Of a DNA stretch of 64,000 bases, positions 1 through 13,169 are shown one piece after another. The translations under genes were made by a program, and so were the position numbers. How positions within the stretch are numbered: the stretch's first letter is position 1; each line of letters starts with the position of its first letter. Under the pieces are notes generated by a model. The model saw only the letters and a program-made list of their open reading frames with translations, had not been told where the DNA came from and did not search any database. Source of the DNA: Flaccisagitta enflata (Eukaryota); assembly GCA_965153355.1 (NCBI GenBank), contig OZ231126.1, forward strand, positions 6,262,001 through 6,326,000. The letters run 5' to 3'.

Positions 1-590
1 AATCATTCGCGCGACGTCTTATTCCTCAACACAACGCCAACAAGACCCAAAACTAATCAGGGGCAGACGGAGGAATTTCGGGCCCCCATACAATCCATAA
101 TTAAGCCCCCCCCTCCTACCTGGCGCGACCGCAAAGGCGAATGATAACACATGTAATATCATTCTTTGTACATTCAATAGTTTAGGGCCCGGTTTTGCAC
201 ACCCTTTAATTAGGGGCCTTGGTTTATATTGGGCCCTAGACAATTCTTTTTTCTTTTCTGCTTTTTTTTCTTTTCTTTTTTTCTTTTTTTTCTTTTTTTC
301 TTTTTTTCTTTTTTTTTTTCTTTTTTTTTTTTTCTTTTTTTTTATTTGGTCTTTTGCCTTTTTTTTCTTTTCGTTTTTTCCCTTTTTCTCTTTACATCCC
401 CTGCTTTTCTTTGATAATTGAGGGGCCATCATTACTGTTCATAAGTTCATAACTGTAAATCATTACTGGTCATTTCTGGTCATCCTATAAGCCATCAACA
501 GGTTTCTTAATCCTCCTCCGATTATCGATACCTTATCACTAGATCACTGGGTTTGAGCTTGATCCTGACAGTGCTCTTGGTAGATCATAC

Positions 591-3500
591 CTTATCACTG
601 GGTTTGAGCTTGATCCTGACGGTGCTCTTGGTGGTGGTCACGCTGGAAACGTCGTCGAGTTTGATGATCTGCGACTTGACCGGCGTGAGTTCTTGTTCCG
701 TTTTGTCCACTCTCACTTTGACCCATCTGTGTTCGACGGGCGGTTTGGCGCTGTCAGTCGTGCAAGTCAAAGACAATTCTAACCCATTTTTCTTCCTTCT
801 TTTGTGGGTCGAGTTGTTTTTAGGGTTACTATTGTTGTTATTGTAATTGTTGTTTTTAGACCGTGTAGATTTCGAATAGGAAGAGGAAGAAGACACTGAG
901 GATGAAGAGTCCGACGACGATAAAGACGACGATGATGACGAGGACGAAGCTGATGACGCGGCGTCGACGAGCGCTTGGCGTTTCTCGTCAATGACGTCGT
1001 CGACGATGACGTCAACATCGTCATTGTTGGCGGAAGAGGACGCGGTGGCGACGAGCCTCTCCACGCCATTGTCGCCGCCGACGACGCCCGCATTGTTTCT
1101 TCTGACGCCGCTACCGCCATAAATCGCGTTATCGTCGTCGTTGTCGTAATCGTCGACGTCGTTCTCATCGTCGTCGACGTCGTCGTCGTAAGTCACTTTG
1201 TTGGGGTCTAACGTGGTCCCGTTATAACCCGTGATCGTAGTTCGGTTCGGCTCTTTGCGTACTTCCAGTAAAACTTTCACCTTATCTTCTCTCTGCGCCT
1301 GTATGTCGATCAGGGTGAGTAAGGGAGAGGAAGATGAGGAGAAAGAGGAAAAAGGGGTGAAGAAAGTCAATGAACGTTGAAAATAATCGTGACATTTGAT
1401 CGACGAGAGAGACAAAGAAGGCGAGGTAGTAAACGGAAGGTGCAGAAATACAAGTATCCGGGGGTTACAATATCGTCACGGACTGGTGGGCAAAGGCGTA
1501 CAACCCTCCATCCAGGCCACCCTCCCCAGATAGAATCTATGCGCGTATTCACTGTTCACACGACTAGAGTCGAGCATTACAGAGGAACTGAGGGAAGAAC
1601 CGAAGAAACGACGCGACGGTCTGACGGACGCGAAACGTCTCCTAAACAGAGCCACGAGTTGCGAGTCCACGACTAAAACAGCGCACACCACACGATACAC
1701 AGCTCAGCCTTGTAGATGAAACAATCATCATATTCGCACGCGCAGTACGAAACAACCAACTCGATAGCCGCGACAATGTAAAGAATAAAGAAAATTGCCC
1801 GCTGAAGAATGAAATGAAATGAAAGACATGACGAATGCTCCATCTTATGATCTTACCGTGTCACATTCAAACGTGCCGTCGTGCTGTTTGATTTTAAGAT
1901 GAAAGATTTGAAGCCTTCCTGTCTCATCGATACGAGAATCGGTGAAGTTTTTCACAGAGTTGAGAAACGTCGGGCCGAGCGTTCTCTCGTTTTTCTTCGT
2001 TTGTTGCCCGTTGACGTACTGAATATCGCGCGACAGTGGGGAGAAAGTGGGGGAGAAAGTGGGGGAGGAGGTGGGGGAGGGGGGAGGGAGGGGGGATGGA
2101 GATTAGATAAAGGGTTTTTGTAGAAATAAAATTTGATTTTGTGATGACGGGATGGGGTTAGAAAAGGATGTGGCCATGTGGGATACATGTAGAGACGGCG
2201 GGCTCAGAAGGAAGATGTGACGTCGTAAGAGGGAGTGGTCAGTGGAAAGAGTGGAATGGGGACGGCATTGAGGAGGAAGTGGTCGATAGAATGAGTGGTG
2301 GTGGGGGCAGGGACAGCGCTGAAGAGAGAAATAAAAGCTTACTGGAATGAGTGGAATGAGGGGGCAGGGTCAGAGTTAAAGAGAGAGTGGTCGGAAGAAT
2401 GAGGGGGTGACAGCGTGGAAGAAGAAGTAGTCAATGGAATAAGTGGGTTGAGGGGGGCGGGGACAGCATTAAAGAGGGAGTGGTCAATGGAGTAAGTGGA
2501 ATGGGGGGGCGGGGACAGCATTGAAGAGAGTTGTCGGTGGAATGAGGGGGTCGGGATAGTGTTGAGGGATTGGTCAGTGGAATGAGTGGAATGAGGGAGG
2601 GGGCAGCGTTGAAGGGAGAGTGGTCAATGGATTGAGTGGAATGAAGAGGCGGGGACAGCATTGAAGAAGGAGTGGTCAGTGGAATGAGTGGAATGAGGGG
2701 GCAGGGACAGCATTGAAGAGAAAGTGAGGTATGAAAGAGAAAGGAGAAGTACAAGAGAACATTACAAAAAACATCGCACATTGGTAGAAAGGTTGACAGC
2801 TTTGGTAATAAAGGGCCTACACGTTGAGAACACTACTGATTCTGACAAAAGCAGCAGTTCAAGCGATTACATATTAACATCCCGCGAAAGAGAGAGAAAG
2901 ATCAACTATGACAGAAGGTTGAAAGAAGGAAAAAGCTGAAAAGTTATCCCAGGATAGGATCCATCTGAAAGCCCATTTTGATCAGCGATAGCATTCAGAA
3001 GCTAACGTCAGGCAATCGTCAGGGAACAATTCAAGTTGTGTCCGAGGGGAAAATTCTAGTTATGTAACTTGTCTGAGGGGGGGGGGAAGAGGAGAGGAGA
3101 GGGGAGAGAGAGAAAAGGGGTGGTCGCGGCGAAAGAAACAAATAAAACTGACGAGGTTTTAATTCCACAAATAGTTTCATTCTTCCACAGACATAATTAG
3201 GATTCGCCACGAAGCAATATGGCCAGTGACGACACGTAAGACTAAGTGATGAAGGTATGATTATGGATCTGCTTTTTGAGAACGCGATTTCAAGCCTATT
3301 AACGAGACAACTTCAGATGCGCCCTTGGGTTGTAGCACATGAAGACCTAACTGCTGGTTTAGGCGATTGGTTGTTGCGGTTGTTGCGGTTGTTGCGGTCA
3401 TTGCGGTAGTATTTAGTCAACCTAAACCAACGGTTCAGGAAGGACCGCGAAATTGAGCAGACACCCTCCCCCTCACTGACTGTCTCCTGAACATCAATAA

Positions 3501-6438
3501 ATAAAACTGCTACTTAAACTATACTTTTGCATATCAGTTACAGTAAGATGGGAGCAATGACGACCTAAATTGGAGGATAGATTTTAAGTATCTCAATTAT
3601 ATTTGTACCAGTAATGGCGGCTGTCGCCGTGAGGAAAAAAGTCGTAAGCATTGGTCACTTTTCACCCTGCTTTTGTCTTCAGTCATTGAATTTTTTTTAT
3701 TTATTAGATCAAATCCAAAGCAATTGTATGTATTGATTGCACTGAAAATCAGAGAAAAATAGAACCGAGCCAAATGAGCTAGATGAGCTAAAATCTTTGA
3801 AATAATTCAACCAGACAACCAGCTTTGCTTACTGACATGCTTTCTTGTATTTGCATGCTTAAATCAAAACATTATTTTATTTATCCTATTTCAAATCAGA
3901 GAAAAAGAGCAAGCAAAATGAGCTAAATGAGCTAGAATACTTAAAAACACTCTCAGAGATGAGCAGCTCTGTTCACTGACATATTTTTTTTATTTGCTTG
4001 CTATGTAAGTATGAAAATATTCATTTATTTATCCTATTTAAAATCAGAAAGAACAGACTGAGCTAAGTGAGCTAAATGAGCTAAAATGCTCAAAAACGCC
4101 CTCACAGATGAGCAGCTGTGCTCATAAACATTTTTTTTTGTATTTGCATGCTCAAGTAAACATGAATAGACTCCTTTATTAATCTTACACAAAATAAAAA
4201 AAAATCGGAAAAAATCCCATTTGAATTTTTCGTAAATAAATCTTTAAAAAATCATAGCGCGAAAAGTATTTGTCAAAGAGCATTCTGCTTGGCGCCAAAT
4301 GAAAGAGAATTATCCAATTTACTTCCCCTATCAATTTCAGTGGAGGCCCCAATCTGCCCTAGGAGACTCAACTTCCTAATAAGAAAATGAAAACCCTGTT
4401 TCTCTCGAATATGTCAAAAAGTCGAAGACTTACTTCGACTTTTTTCCCAATTATTAAATATTTGTGATCTAAGCTAATCGTAAGTTGCTCTATTGATTGA
4501 AAATGTTTGCGTTTCTCAAACTTCAATTTGCGATTTGACCTCATCAAGACTTCATTTTTCAAAATTTTAACCTATCTCAATAGATTGGGTGAAAATTTTT
4601 AAATTGTTTTTAAAAAAATCAGCCCAATCAGTCTATCTTTACAGGTTTTATAGCCATTTTAAGTTTTGCCCAAAAACAAATTTGCACAACTTTTATTCAT
4701 TAAAAATAGCCATAAAACCTATAAACATAGTCCGATTGAACTGATACTTTTTTCAAAACTATATAGAATTTTTTGCCCAATTTAATGAAATAGGTTAAAA
4801 CCTTGAAAAATGAAGTCTTGATGAGTTCAAGTCACAAGTTGAGGTTTAAGAGACCCAAATGCATTCACTCAATAGAGCAACCTTTAATTAACCTGGATCT
4901 CAAATATTTTATGATACAAATAAAATTAGGATATTTAAAATCTATCCTCCAGTCTAGGTCGCCATTGCTCCCTTCGTACTGTACGCGAAGGACGCATCTA
5001 AAGGTTGCCTCGTGGCTCTGTTAAGGGGAGTAAGAATGTTAAATTAATGGGACTCGCCGTTAACAAATTATGATGATCATAATCGTAATAATAGCCACGG
5101 ATTCAAATATATCATTTCATCCAAGCAGAATGAGCGAAAAACTGTTGAAGTAAACCATACGTGCAAAATCATTGGATTGTGTATAATGCACACACTGCAC
5201 TTGTGCAGCAAGTATTTTTCGAGATCCGTCGGTCGGTGCATCCGTCATCCCTTATTTTCTAAATTCGGCGTTCCCAACCCAAAACTTTTAATGCCTCGGC
5301 ACCCCTGCCCAACCTTATGCTAACAATTCCGCCTGATATTCATGGAAAGTTTTGCACGCTTGTATATCCGATCAGATTTTGATCATGTTTAATGGTATAC
5401 AAGGAACGCTGATTTGAGCCATCACCCAAAACGTGATTAAGAAACCAACATACACTAAAAATCGTGTGTGATTGACATTTAGATGATCAAACCAATCCTA
5501 CTCTTAAAGAGTCCAATCATAAAGAAACGCATGATTATCATATTCATTTACAAGAAATCTTGAAAAACAAAAAACAAAAATTTTTTCCTGATTGCGTAGA
5601 TCAAAGATCCAATTATTAATTCTATTGTTATCAAAATGAGTTACTGTTAGTCAGACTCTATAACGTAAAATCTGCAGTTTCATAGATCAGGCGATCAAGA
5701 GAGTTCCATGAAAATCAGGATTTAACTACATTCTGGATCATCGGACAGAATTGAGGATCTCCTGACCAACAAACAAGAAGTAAATTGTAATTTCTTCTTA
5801 CCCAGTCGCGCTATGAAAGAAAACAAATTAAGTGATGTGTTTGTGAAAGGAAATAAATTAGTCAATGTGAATTACGGAAAAAAGAACAAACAACAAAGGA
5901 AATAAAGTCGCCTAAAAAAAAATAAAAGAGAGATTAAAAGAAGGGTAAACAAGTTTTGTGTGGAATATCGTTGATATCCGCGTTTTAGTAACGTGCGTTA
6001 TTCCAATATTAATCGCGTGCTACGCGACTCTACACTCCACTATGTCAGTTGGTCGGTCAATTGGTCGGTTGGTTGGTCCCCTTTTTACTTCTTTGGCGTC
6101 TTTGATCTTTTTGATCATACGGCTCCTTCCCAAATGCCCCAGTGACCTCCTCCAGCACTTCTCCTGCCCACCCGCACGCGACTAGGGTAGCCGTATATCC
6201 GGTCTTGTTTCTCTGTTAATTAACTATTATTCGCTTCTTCCTTCCAGTTAGTCAAAACGTCATAACTTAGGGGCTTTGAGGACAAATTCTAATGTACATA
6301 GCCTATTCCATTAAGATCAAAAGACGGAGGAAAAACATGGTGTTGTTGTCGTTGTCGTTGTCGTCGTTGTCGTTGTCGTCGTTGTCGTTGTCGTTGTCGT
6401 CGTTGTCGTTGTCGTTGTCGTTGTTGTCGTTGTTGTCG

Positions 6439-6475
<37 letters not shown>

Positions 6476-8355
6476 CGTTAGCGGGAACCACCCTTCAGTG
6501 GTTGTTTTTTTTTTCGCCCGACCGTATAAGACATAACGCAAGAGCTAACTCTCTCAATTTTTTAGTCGCGTACTACGCGACTCCTCACCGCGCTTTGTCG
6601 GTCCGTCCGTCACACTTTACTTTTTTTTGCGGTGTTTTGCCTCACTGCTCCTGCCCAAATAATCAAGTGACCTCAAATACAGCCCCTCCTAACCCACACG
6701 TGACTGGGGTAGCCGTGTATCCGGCCTTGTTTGTCCACCACACCAACTCCTTAATGACATTAGTAAGGCCTCTTTTTGCCTCGAGGACCACACAAAGAAA
6801 TAGGGTAGAACCCCGCTTCAACGAGTACGCTAGTAAGAAATATTCTGCCCTCGCCTAGAAAAATTCAGTAATCTAAATTGAAATGTTCGTATCCTGTGTG
6901 GGCCATGATAAGTGCCATCAATCAAAATGAAATACAGTTCCTCCGAATCTCTTTCCCGTAGAGTTTGGTTCTGTTCCATATCTCTCATAAACCTTTCAAA
7001 TTGGCATGTAGACATCCACTTTCTTACGATGATTTCTATCGTTTAAGCAGACACCATGGTCAAGTAGTTATTGTCTCGTCCTTACTCCTTACTTCTTTTA
7101 CCTGTACGGTTTGGTTCTGCGTAAACTTCCAGACGACGAAGTATTTTGGGTCGTCGCATTCGAGGGTCAGAGAATCGTTGATCCAGCCCCATTTCTTCTG
7201 GATGTGGACCACGCGGGAAGTGAGGGAAGGAGCTCGACGTCGACGAGGCCATTGGAACTCGGGCTTCATCACCACTGCGAAGAAACAGGTGAGACGGGTC
7301 GTATAATATGGGTGCAATAAGGAAGCACGAGGGTCATGAACTGAACTAAAGTGATCTGGAAGAGGCCATTGGAACTAAGGGTTCATCACCACTGCGAGGG
7401 GACACATGAAGCAGTTTATATTATTGGCTTATTGAGAAGGGAAGCACAAAGGTCAGGAACTGTATAAAAGTGACCTGGAAGAGGCCATTGAAACTCGGAC
7501 TTCATCACCACTGCAATGGGACCAATTGATGAACAGTTTACATTCGAGTGTGTCAATATGCAGAACATTAATCCCTGAGAATACAACGCTAGGATATTGT
7601 GGGGTTACTAATTCTAATGCCTTCGCCGTTTTTCTTTTTTCAAATTTCTGTCATCTTCTGTATTTTTCAAAAACCCCGTTTTGCCCCTAATTTGCATAAT
7701 GTTGTAGTCATGTTATCTACTTTTCAACCTTCGCCTTGTTATAGTGGGCGTTCGAATCACATTTAAATACTGCTATCCTCTTTAAAGCTTTACGAAAAAG
7801 TGTCTGGTTAATCATATCAGAATCAATGAAACAGTTAGATGGTCTTTTTTAGCTAATCAATTTGTTTCTTGGCAAACAAGAATGTTGTCATTGCGTTAGA
7901 TTTCGATCGCGAAAAAAAACGGTTGCCGATGGAATTTTGGAGAAAGGAAAACAGCGGTCGTATTAAAATCAACTGCCCCATTTTGGGTCAGCGTCATGGT
8001 CTCAAACTCAGTTATCACCCGTATTTGACACACCTGAAGGTTGCATGTTGCGGGGCAGTGAGATTTGTAGCCTGAGGCGGGGGTTCAACTGTTTCTCTCA
8101 AACGAGTAACGCGGGATTGCAATTTCGGGTGAGGGAGTGGGTGCACATTAGCACAGCCACAGACAAAGACACTAACGCAAGCACGCGTGCGCACACACAC
8201 GCGCACACACACGCGCACACACACGCCCAACACGCCACACACACGCCACACACACGCCAAACACACACACACGCCAAACACACACACACGAGAAACACAC
8301 ACACACACACGCCAAACACACACACACACGCCAAACACACACACACACACGCCAA

Positions 8356-8403
<48 letters not shown>

Positions 8404-8531
8404 CAAACGCACACACACACACACGCACACACACACACACACACACACACGCCAAACGCACACACACACACGCCAAACACACACACACACACACGCCAAA
8501 CACACACACACACGCCAAACACACACGCCAA

Positions 8532-8562
<31 letters not shown>

Positions 8563-9169
8563 TCGAGTTTTAACACTTTCCAAATCAAGCGGAAGGACCA
8601 ACGGACCAACAGACTGACAGACTGGTGGACGAAAATCTTTTACAAGGTATTAACAAATCCACGGCGTCTTATAACAAGCCTGCCAGACAAGGTAACAAAA
8701 GGAGTGGGATACCAACGTGGTGATGATAAGCCCTTAGGGTCACAACCGATAGTGAGATTGATGCGGCAATAGAAACTTTGGAACCTTTACCTAATCCATC
8801 TTTTCCGGAAGGAAGCGAAATGGCCCGCATTTCGAATTCGGAGGAAGGAGAAGAGGAAGATGATGAAGAGGAGGAAAAAGAAGAGGAGGACGAGGGTTGG
8901 GAGGAGGCGGAGGATGCTCCCGCCGTCATGGCTGCCGTGGCCGTAAGTTTGTGCGCGTGCGTGTTCTTGAAGTTTGTCGTGGCGCAAAAAGAAATGACGA
9001 CGACGAGAGTCCAAATGACGCGGAACACATCCGGTAACAACATCCTCAACCTCCGCGAACGACGAGGCCGACGGAAGAATGTGGTGGGAGAGGAAGAGGA
9101 AGAGGCGAAGAAGGAAGAGAGAGAAGATGTGAAGGAGGAAGAAGAGAAGGAGGAAGAGTACAGAGACAT
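591..9169 (-). CDS. Ig-superfamily secreted/cell-surface protein (nephrin/Kirre-like Ig motifs); partial, continues past the left window edge
   Basis: Phase-consistent GT-AG exons: 9169-8791 (Ser-rich start and hydrophobic signal-like VIWTLVVVISFCA), 7274-7102 (DSLTLECDDPKYFVVWKF, Ig B/C-strand pattern) and 1298-591 (LSLTCTTDSAKPPVEHRW, C2-set-like, after an Asp/Ser-rich insert). Intervening exons may have been missed. Confidence 0.55.
2240..2720. repeat. Degenerate ~60-bp purine-rich minisatellite
   Basis: GAGTGGTCAGTGGAATGAGTGGAATGAGGGGGCAGGGACAGCATTGAAGA-type units. Confidence 0.8.
3541..4981. mobile_element. TA-flanked non-autonomous TIR element
   Basis: TA|CAGTAAGATGGGAGCAATGACGACCTAAATTGGAGGATAG ... 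CTATCCTCCAGTCTAGGTCGCCATTGCTCCCTTCGTACTG|TA. Internal ~150-bp degenerate tandem repeats (3770-4200) and an internal inverted repeat (~4455-4910). Confidence 0.82.
6012..6209 (+). mobile_element. Short DINE-1/HINE-like interspersed repeat (representative copy)
   Basis: 5' hairpin TCGCGTGCTACGCGA, (GGTC/GGTT)n microsatellite, 3' CACGCGACT, stem-loop GCCGTATATCCGGT and a CTTGTT end. Related copies at approximately 6560-6731, 14256-14386, 20175-20428, 23778-23948, 25830-25977, 28148-28340, 39545-39810, 47575-47766, 49853-50120, 51233-51373, 52577-52745, 52796-52990 and 53470-53720. Confidence 0.75.
8185..8558. repeat. Compound (CA)n microsatellite punctuated by GCCAAA
   Basis: Direct inspection. 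Other simple repeats: (GTT/GTC)n 6340-6480, (GA)n 9278-9320, 31089-31170 and 53737-53778, (CAGA)n 15836-15903, (TCAT/TCAC)n 32881-33195, (AAAG)n 37645-38000, (TC/TG)n 61016-61140. Confidence 0.9.
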
Positions 9170-9274
9170 TTTTTTTTCTGTCTTTTTTCTTTATTTTGAT
9201 TAGGTTAGGAGCTTACGCTGATTACGCTTTATAAAGTGCTACATCGCTAAGTTTGAGGGATGAATATCATGTTT

Positions 9275-9324
<50 letters not shown>

Positions 9325-10175
9325 CAATTGGTTATGTTCAGACTGTGGTACTCGCACGAGTCACGTTAGTTAAAACTTGTAGAATTTATGATTGTATAGA
9401 TGGATATGACGTCTTTGACTTGTATGGAGTCTTTGACTTGATTACATGTGTGCCGTGTTACGTTACGCTATTTCTTGGGTTTTTGTTTTGTTTTGGTATG
9501 GTTTTTTCCGTTGTAGGCGATAGCTAAGAAGGGGTGACGAAATTTATGTTTATCTTTAATTAGCGTTTTTTATTCCTTTGATATAATTTTCTTTCTTTTT
9601 TTAGTTACTCGACAAACGCAGATTTGTAAATAGAATAGAATCCCATAGAAAAGAAGAGATTATTTACAAAGTTTTTTTTTCAATTTTCTAATTACTTTTC
9701 AAGTCATTTCTGACGATTGGAAAGACGGCTGGAGGAGTAGAGGGATTCAGTTTTTTGTTTTGTTTTCTATTTAGTTGTTAATCGCTACAAGACGAAGGTG
9801 AAAATTGTTGGTCCAGCTGGAAAAGTGGAGTGGTGGTGGTGGTGGTGGGTCGAGTTTTACTTCTGATCAAAGTTTTTTTACACATTTTTTATCCTTAGTT
9901 CTAGAAAAGAGGGAAGAAAACAAGTGAAAAGGAATGAACTAATGCATAATGCAACGAATACAAGATTTGGACTATAACTAGAGAGAATGGAGCATTCGGG
10001 TGTGCATTCGGGTGTATAAAAAGTATCTTTGATCAGATCATCAATATCAGGGAGCATAAACAAAAGAATTTTAAGACTTTTAGCGTTTTTATTTTTCCAA
10101 ATTTCAGTCGTCTTCCGTTTTTTTGCAGCACAGGAAAAGATTGTCAAAGATATATATACTTTCAGAGTCTCCACT

Positions 10176-11147
10176 TAACGGTGGCAAAAATAAAAATGGA
10201 ACAAATGCTTCTTTTGCTTATAAATCCTTTATAACTTAACCAATCTGTTTGAAATTTTTACTGAAGTTAGTTCCTAATGTTATTAAGGTTTGCTGAAAAA
10301 ATTGATAAAGTGGCTCAATTAGTTTAGGAATTGCATCAGATTTTGTAGTATTGGTTACATGTCGGAAAATCAAAGTTGAGTATCTGTTAAGCAACCATTA
10401 AAATTTCAAAAACTGATACTGAATCATGTCCGATTTTGATGAAATTTAGTATGGGGGTAGTCCTTAGTGTCGACTAGCTATGTTTCAAAATTTGTGATGA
10501 TGCTTCAAATGCTTTAGCAGAAATACTGATTTTTCTGATACTGGTTTTAGTCAGGTTAGATGGCTTAATTGTCAAGCATGCAGTATTAAATACAAAATTG
10601 TACTACAGGCTGAGTTTTTGAGCTATGTACATGACATTTGAACTGGTAATACTGGTAGGTATGAAATGACCTCTGGTAAGATTTTTATGAAGATCCAAGC
10701 ATTTTTGATGTGCTAAATAAGTCATACAGTTATATGAGCAGTAAATTTTTAAAAAATTTTGATGCGCAAACATTAGATCATTATCTACCCCCCAAGATGA
10801 CATCCTACTATCACAAAATTTGGCCTGTAATTAGTCAATAGTATCATTAGGCTACAGTTATAAAATCATCAAAAAACTCGTAGTAGTTTAGGAGCTACAC
10901 TTATTTTACTTCAGAATAGATATTCATGGTATCAGAAAATATTACTACTTGAGCATTCCAACTGATAGGGTACTTCAGAAAAAATATGATTTTGGGCTAA
11001 ATAGTTGATAGATTGCGATAAAATTTGAACCTGATATCATTCAAACTGTATACATCATTTACCTAAAATTTCATTCAAATCGGATATCATCTTCTTAGGT
11101 TTTTGCAACCTTCAAAATTTGTCCCGTTTTTTTTTTTGCCACCATTA
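10176..11147. mobile_element. Nested AT-rich non-autonomous TIR element, unclassified
   Basis: ~30-bp imperfect TIR: TAACGGTGGCAAAAATAAAAATGGAACAAAT versus reverse-complement TAATGGTGGCAAAAAAAAAAACGGGACAAAT. TSD not clear. Confidence 0.55.
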
Positions 11148-11373
11148 GTTTCGTTGAAAATGAGTCCTAAAACTTCAACAGAGAATATCAAGTTTTATTT
11201 CTTTTTATAATTTTTGTGGTAAAAAAAAACAACCTTTACCTAATCTCAACTAGAAATCATATATTCATAAACAATAATTCTAATATAAAATCAATGACAC
11301 AGCAATATACAAATTAACGGCTAAATAGGGGTTTTGGAAAAAACGGCAGATAAATAAAAATTGAAAAAAGCTT

Positions 11374-12490
11374 AAAAACAACAGTCCTCGACTGTAGTCT
11401 ATCTGGTGTCTGACCCGGCTACTCAGTCTGACCCGGCTACTCAGTCTGACCCGGCTACTCAGTCTGACCCGGCTACTCAGTCTGACCCGGCTACTCAGTC
11501 TGACCCGGCTACTCAGTCTGACCCGGCTACTCAGTCTGACCCGGCTACTCAGTCTGACCCGGCTACTCAGTCTGACCCGGCTACTCAGTCTGACCCGGCT
11601 ACTCAGTCTGACCCGGCTACTCAGTCTGACCCGGCTACTCAGTCTGACCCGGCTACCAATTGCATACCTTAAAGTAAGAAAAAAAAAATAAAAAAAAAAA
11701 TTTTTTGTCAAAAAAAATTTTTTTTTTCAAAAAAAAATATTTTTTCAAAAAATAAAAATTTTTTTCAAAAAAAAAAAATATTTTTCAAAAAAAATAAAAA
11801 AATTTTTCAAAAAAAAAAAAAAAATTTCAAAAAAAAAAAAAAAAATTAAAAAAAAAAAGAAAACATTTTTTTCGAAAAAAAAAATTCTTAAGTCCAAGAA
11901 ATAATGTTACTAGATACATCATAAATACCCTTATATTTTCTTAACCAATACTCAGAATTTACTGAAATCTTGCAAGGGAGCTTTAATTGATGCAATAAAC
12001 CTTCACAACAAGTTTGAACAACATTGGTGAACTTTTACTACCATTCCCCTATGTAAATTGCACAAGTCTAGTAATTAATATTACTAGCAAAATACCCTTA
12101 TATCTTCTAAACCAATACTCAGAATTATCTGAAATCTTGCAGGGGAGCTTTAATTAATGTAATAAACCTTCACAACAAGTTTGAACAACATTGGTGAACC
12201 TTTACTACCCTTCCCCTATGTAAATTGCACAAGTCCAGGAATTAATATTACTACAAAAATAATAGGCAAAGGGTACTAAATATTTATGAATGTTGTTGAA
12301 AGTTGGTACACAGGTTAGTAATGCCCTAAAAATAACACTGACCAAGTTTCATCAACATCTGAGTTGTGGTTCTCAAGTTTTTAAGGGTTGACACGAACGA
12401 ACGAACGAACGAACGAACGAACAAACGACTCACTACACGATCAAGGCTATGTTATAGTCCTCGACGAAAACTGATCGTCGAGGACAAAAA
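11374..12490 (-). mobile_element. Long DINE-1/HINE-like (Helentron-type non-autonomous) element, copy 1
   Basis: Terminal hairpin GTCCTCGACG-N9-CGTCGAGGAC, a matching subterminal GTCCTCGAC at the other end, (ACGA)n microsatellite, ~180-bp internal repeats, an 18-bp array, A-run flanks and no TSD. Confidence 0.75.
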
Positions 12491-13169
12491 TAAAAAAACT
12501 AAACATTTTAAAATTCTTTTGTTTACGCACCCTGATGTTGATGATTTGATCAAAGATACTTTTCATTTTTTGACACACCCGAATGGAGCATCAATGAACA
12601 AGAGAATTATTCGTGTCATCATTGAGACTGACGCGCGGAAGAGGCGTTAAATTACGTTAATTACGTCATTGGAATTCAGTTCATTATTAGGAACGCGATT
12701 GAGAAAGTCACATCACATCACAATCAATTCATTTCATTTCGTGATACGACGTGCAAATTAAAACCCAAAACGTCAGCTCATTTCCTAGAAAATCGAAAAT
12801 GATATTCTAAGGATATTTCATCATGAATATAAATCATATGATGCAGCATCGGCAAATTACTTAGGCCTGCCGGTGACCAATAACGAAAATTCATTGTAAG
12901 AATCGGATAAGGCCGCATTTATAGACCTACGTAGTGTCCCGGTAGTGAGCAGTCCTTACTTTTTGGAGACCTATTTAATTCCATTCACATTCTGTCGCTC
13001 GAGAGATCGTCAGCCTCCTAATGTCATTCAATTAATCTAGAAACTATTTGAACCATTCATTCACCCACCCATCCATCAATCAATCATCTATCCATCCATC
13101 CATTCGTCATATCAGTCTCGATCAATCAATCGATTTCTCGAAAGTGAAAATTCAGGCAATAGAAATGGA

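Larger units (their letters stand above)
9996..12582. mobile_element. Non-autonomous TIR element, possibly Mutator-like, carrying two nested insertions
   Basis: Imperfect ~80-bp TIRs (TCGGGTGT...AAAAGTATCTTTGATCA...AAACAAAAGAATTTTAA) flanked by the direct repeat ATGGAGCAT (9987-9995 and 12583-12591). The exact boundary between element end and TSD is ambiguous. Confidence 0.72.

Noticed and set aside
58-430. CAGGGGC-starting, GGGCCC-rich segment as a MITE
   Set aside because: No matching right TIR or TSD found.
8015-8617. Long ORFs over CA, GA, AAAG, GTT and poly-T repeats (also 19-432, 6292-6541, 37536-38026)
   Set aside because: Open frames are a by-product of simple repeats; no splice or homology support.
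11280-11711. SDPATQ / RVRLSS repeat ORFs (also 59325-59705)
   Set aside because: Translation of the 18-bp array inside a non-autonomous element.
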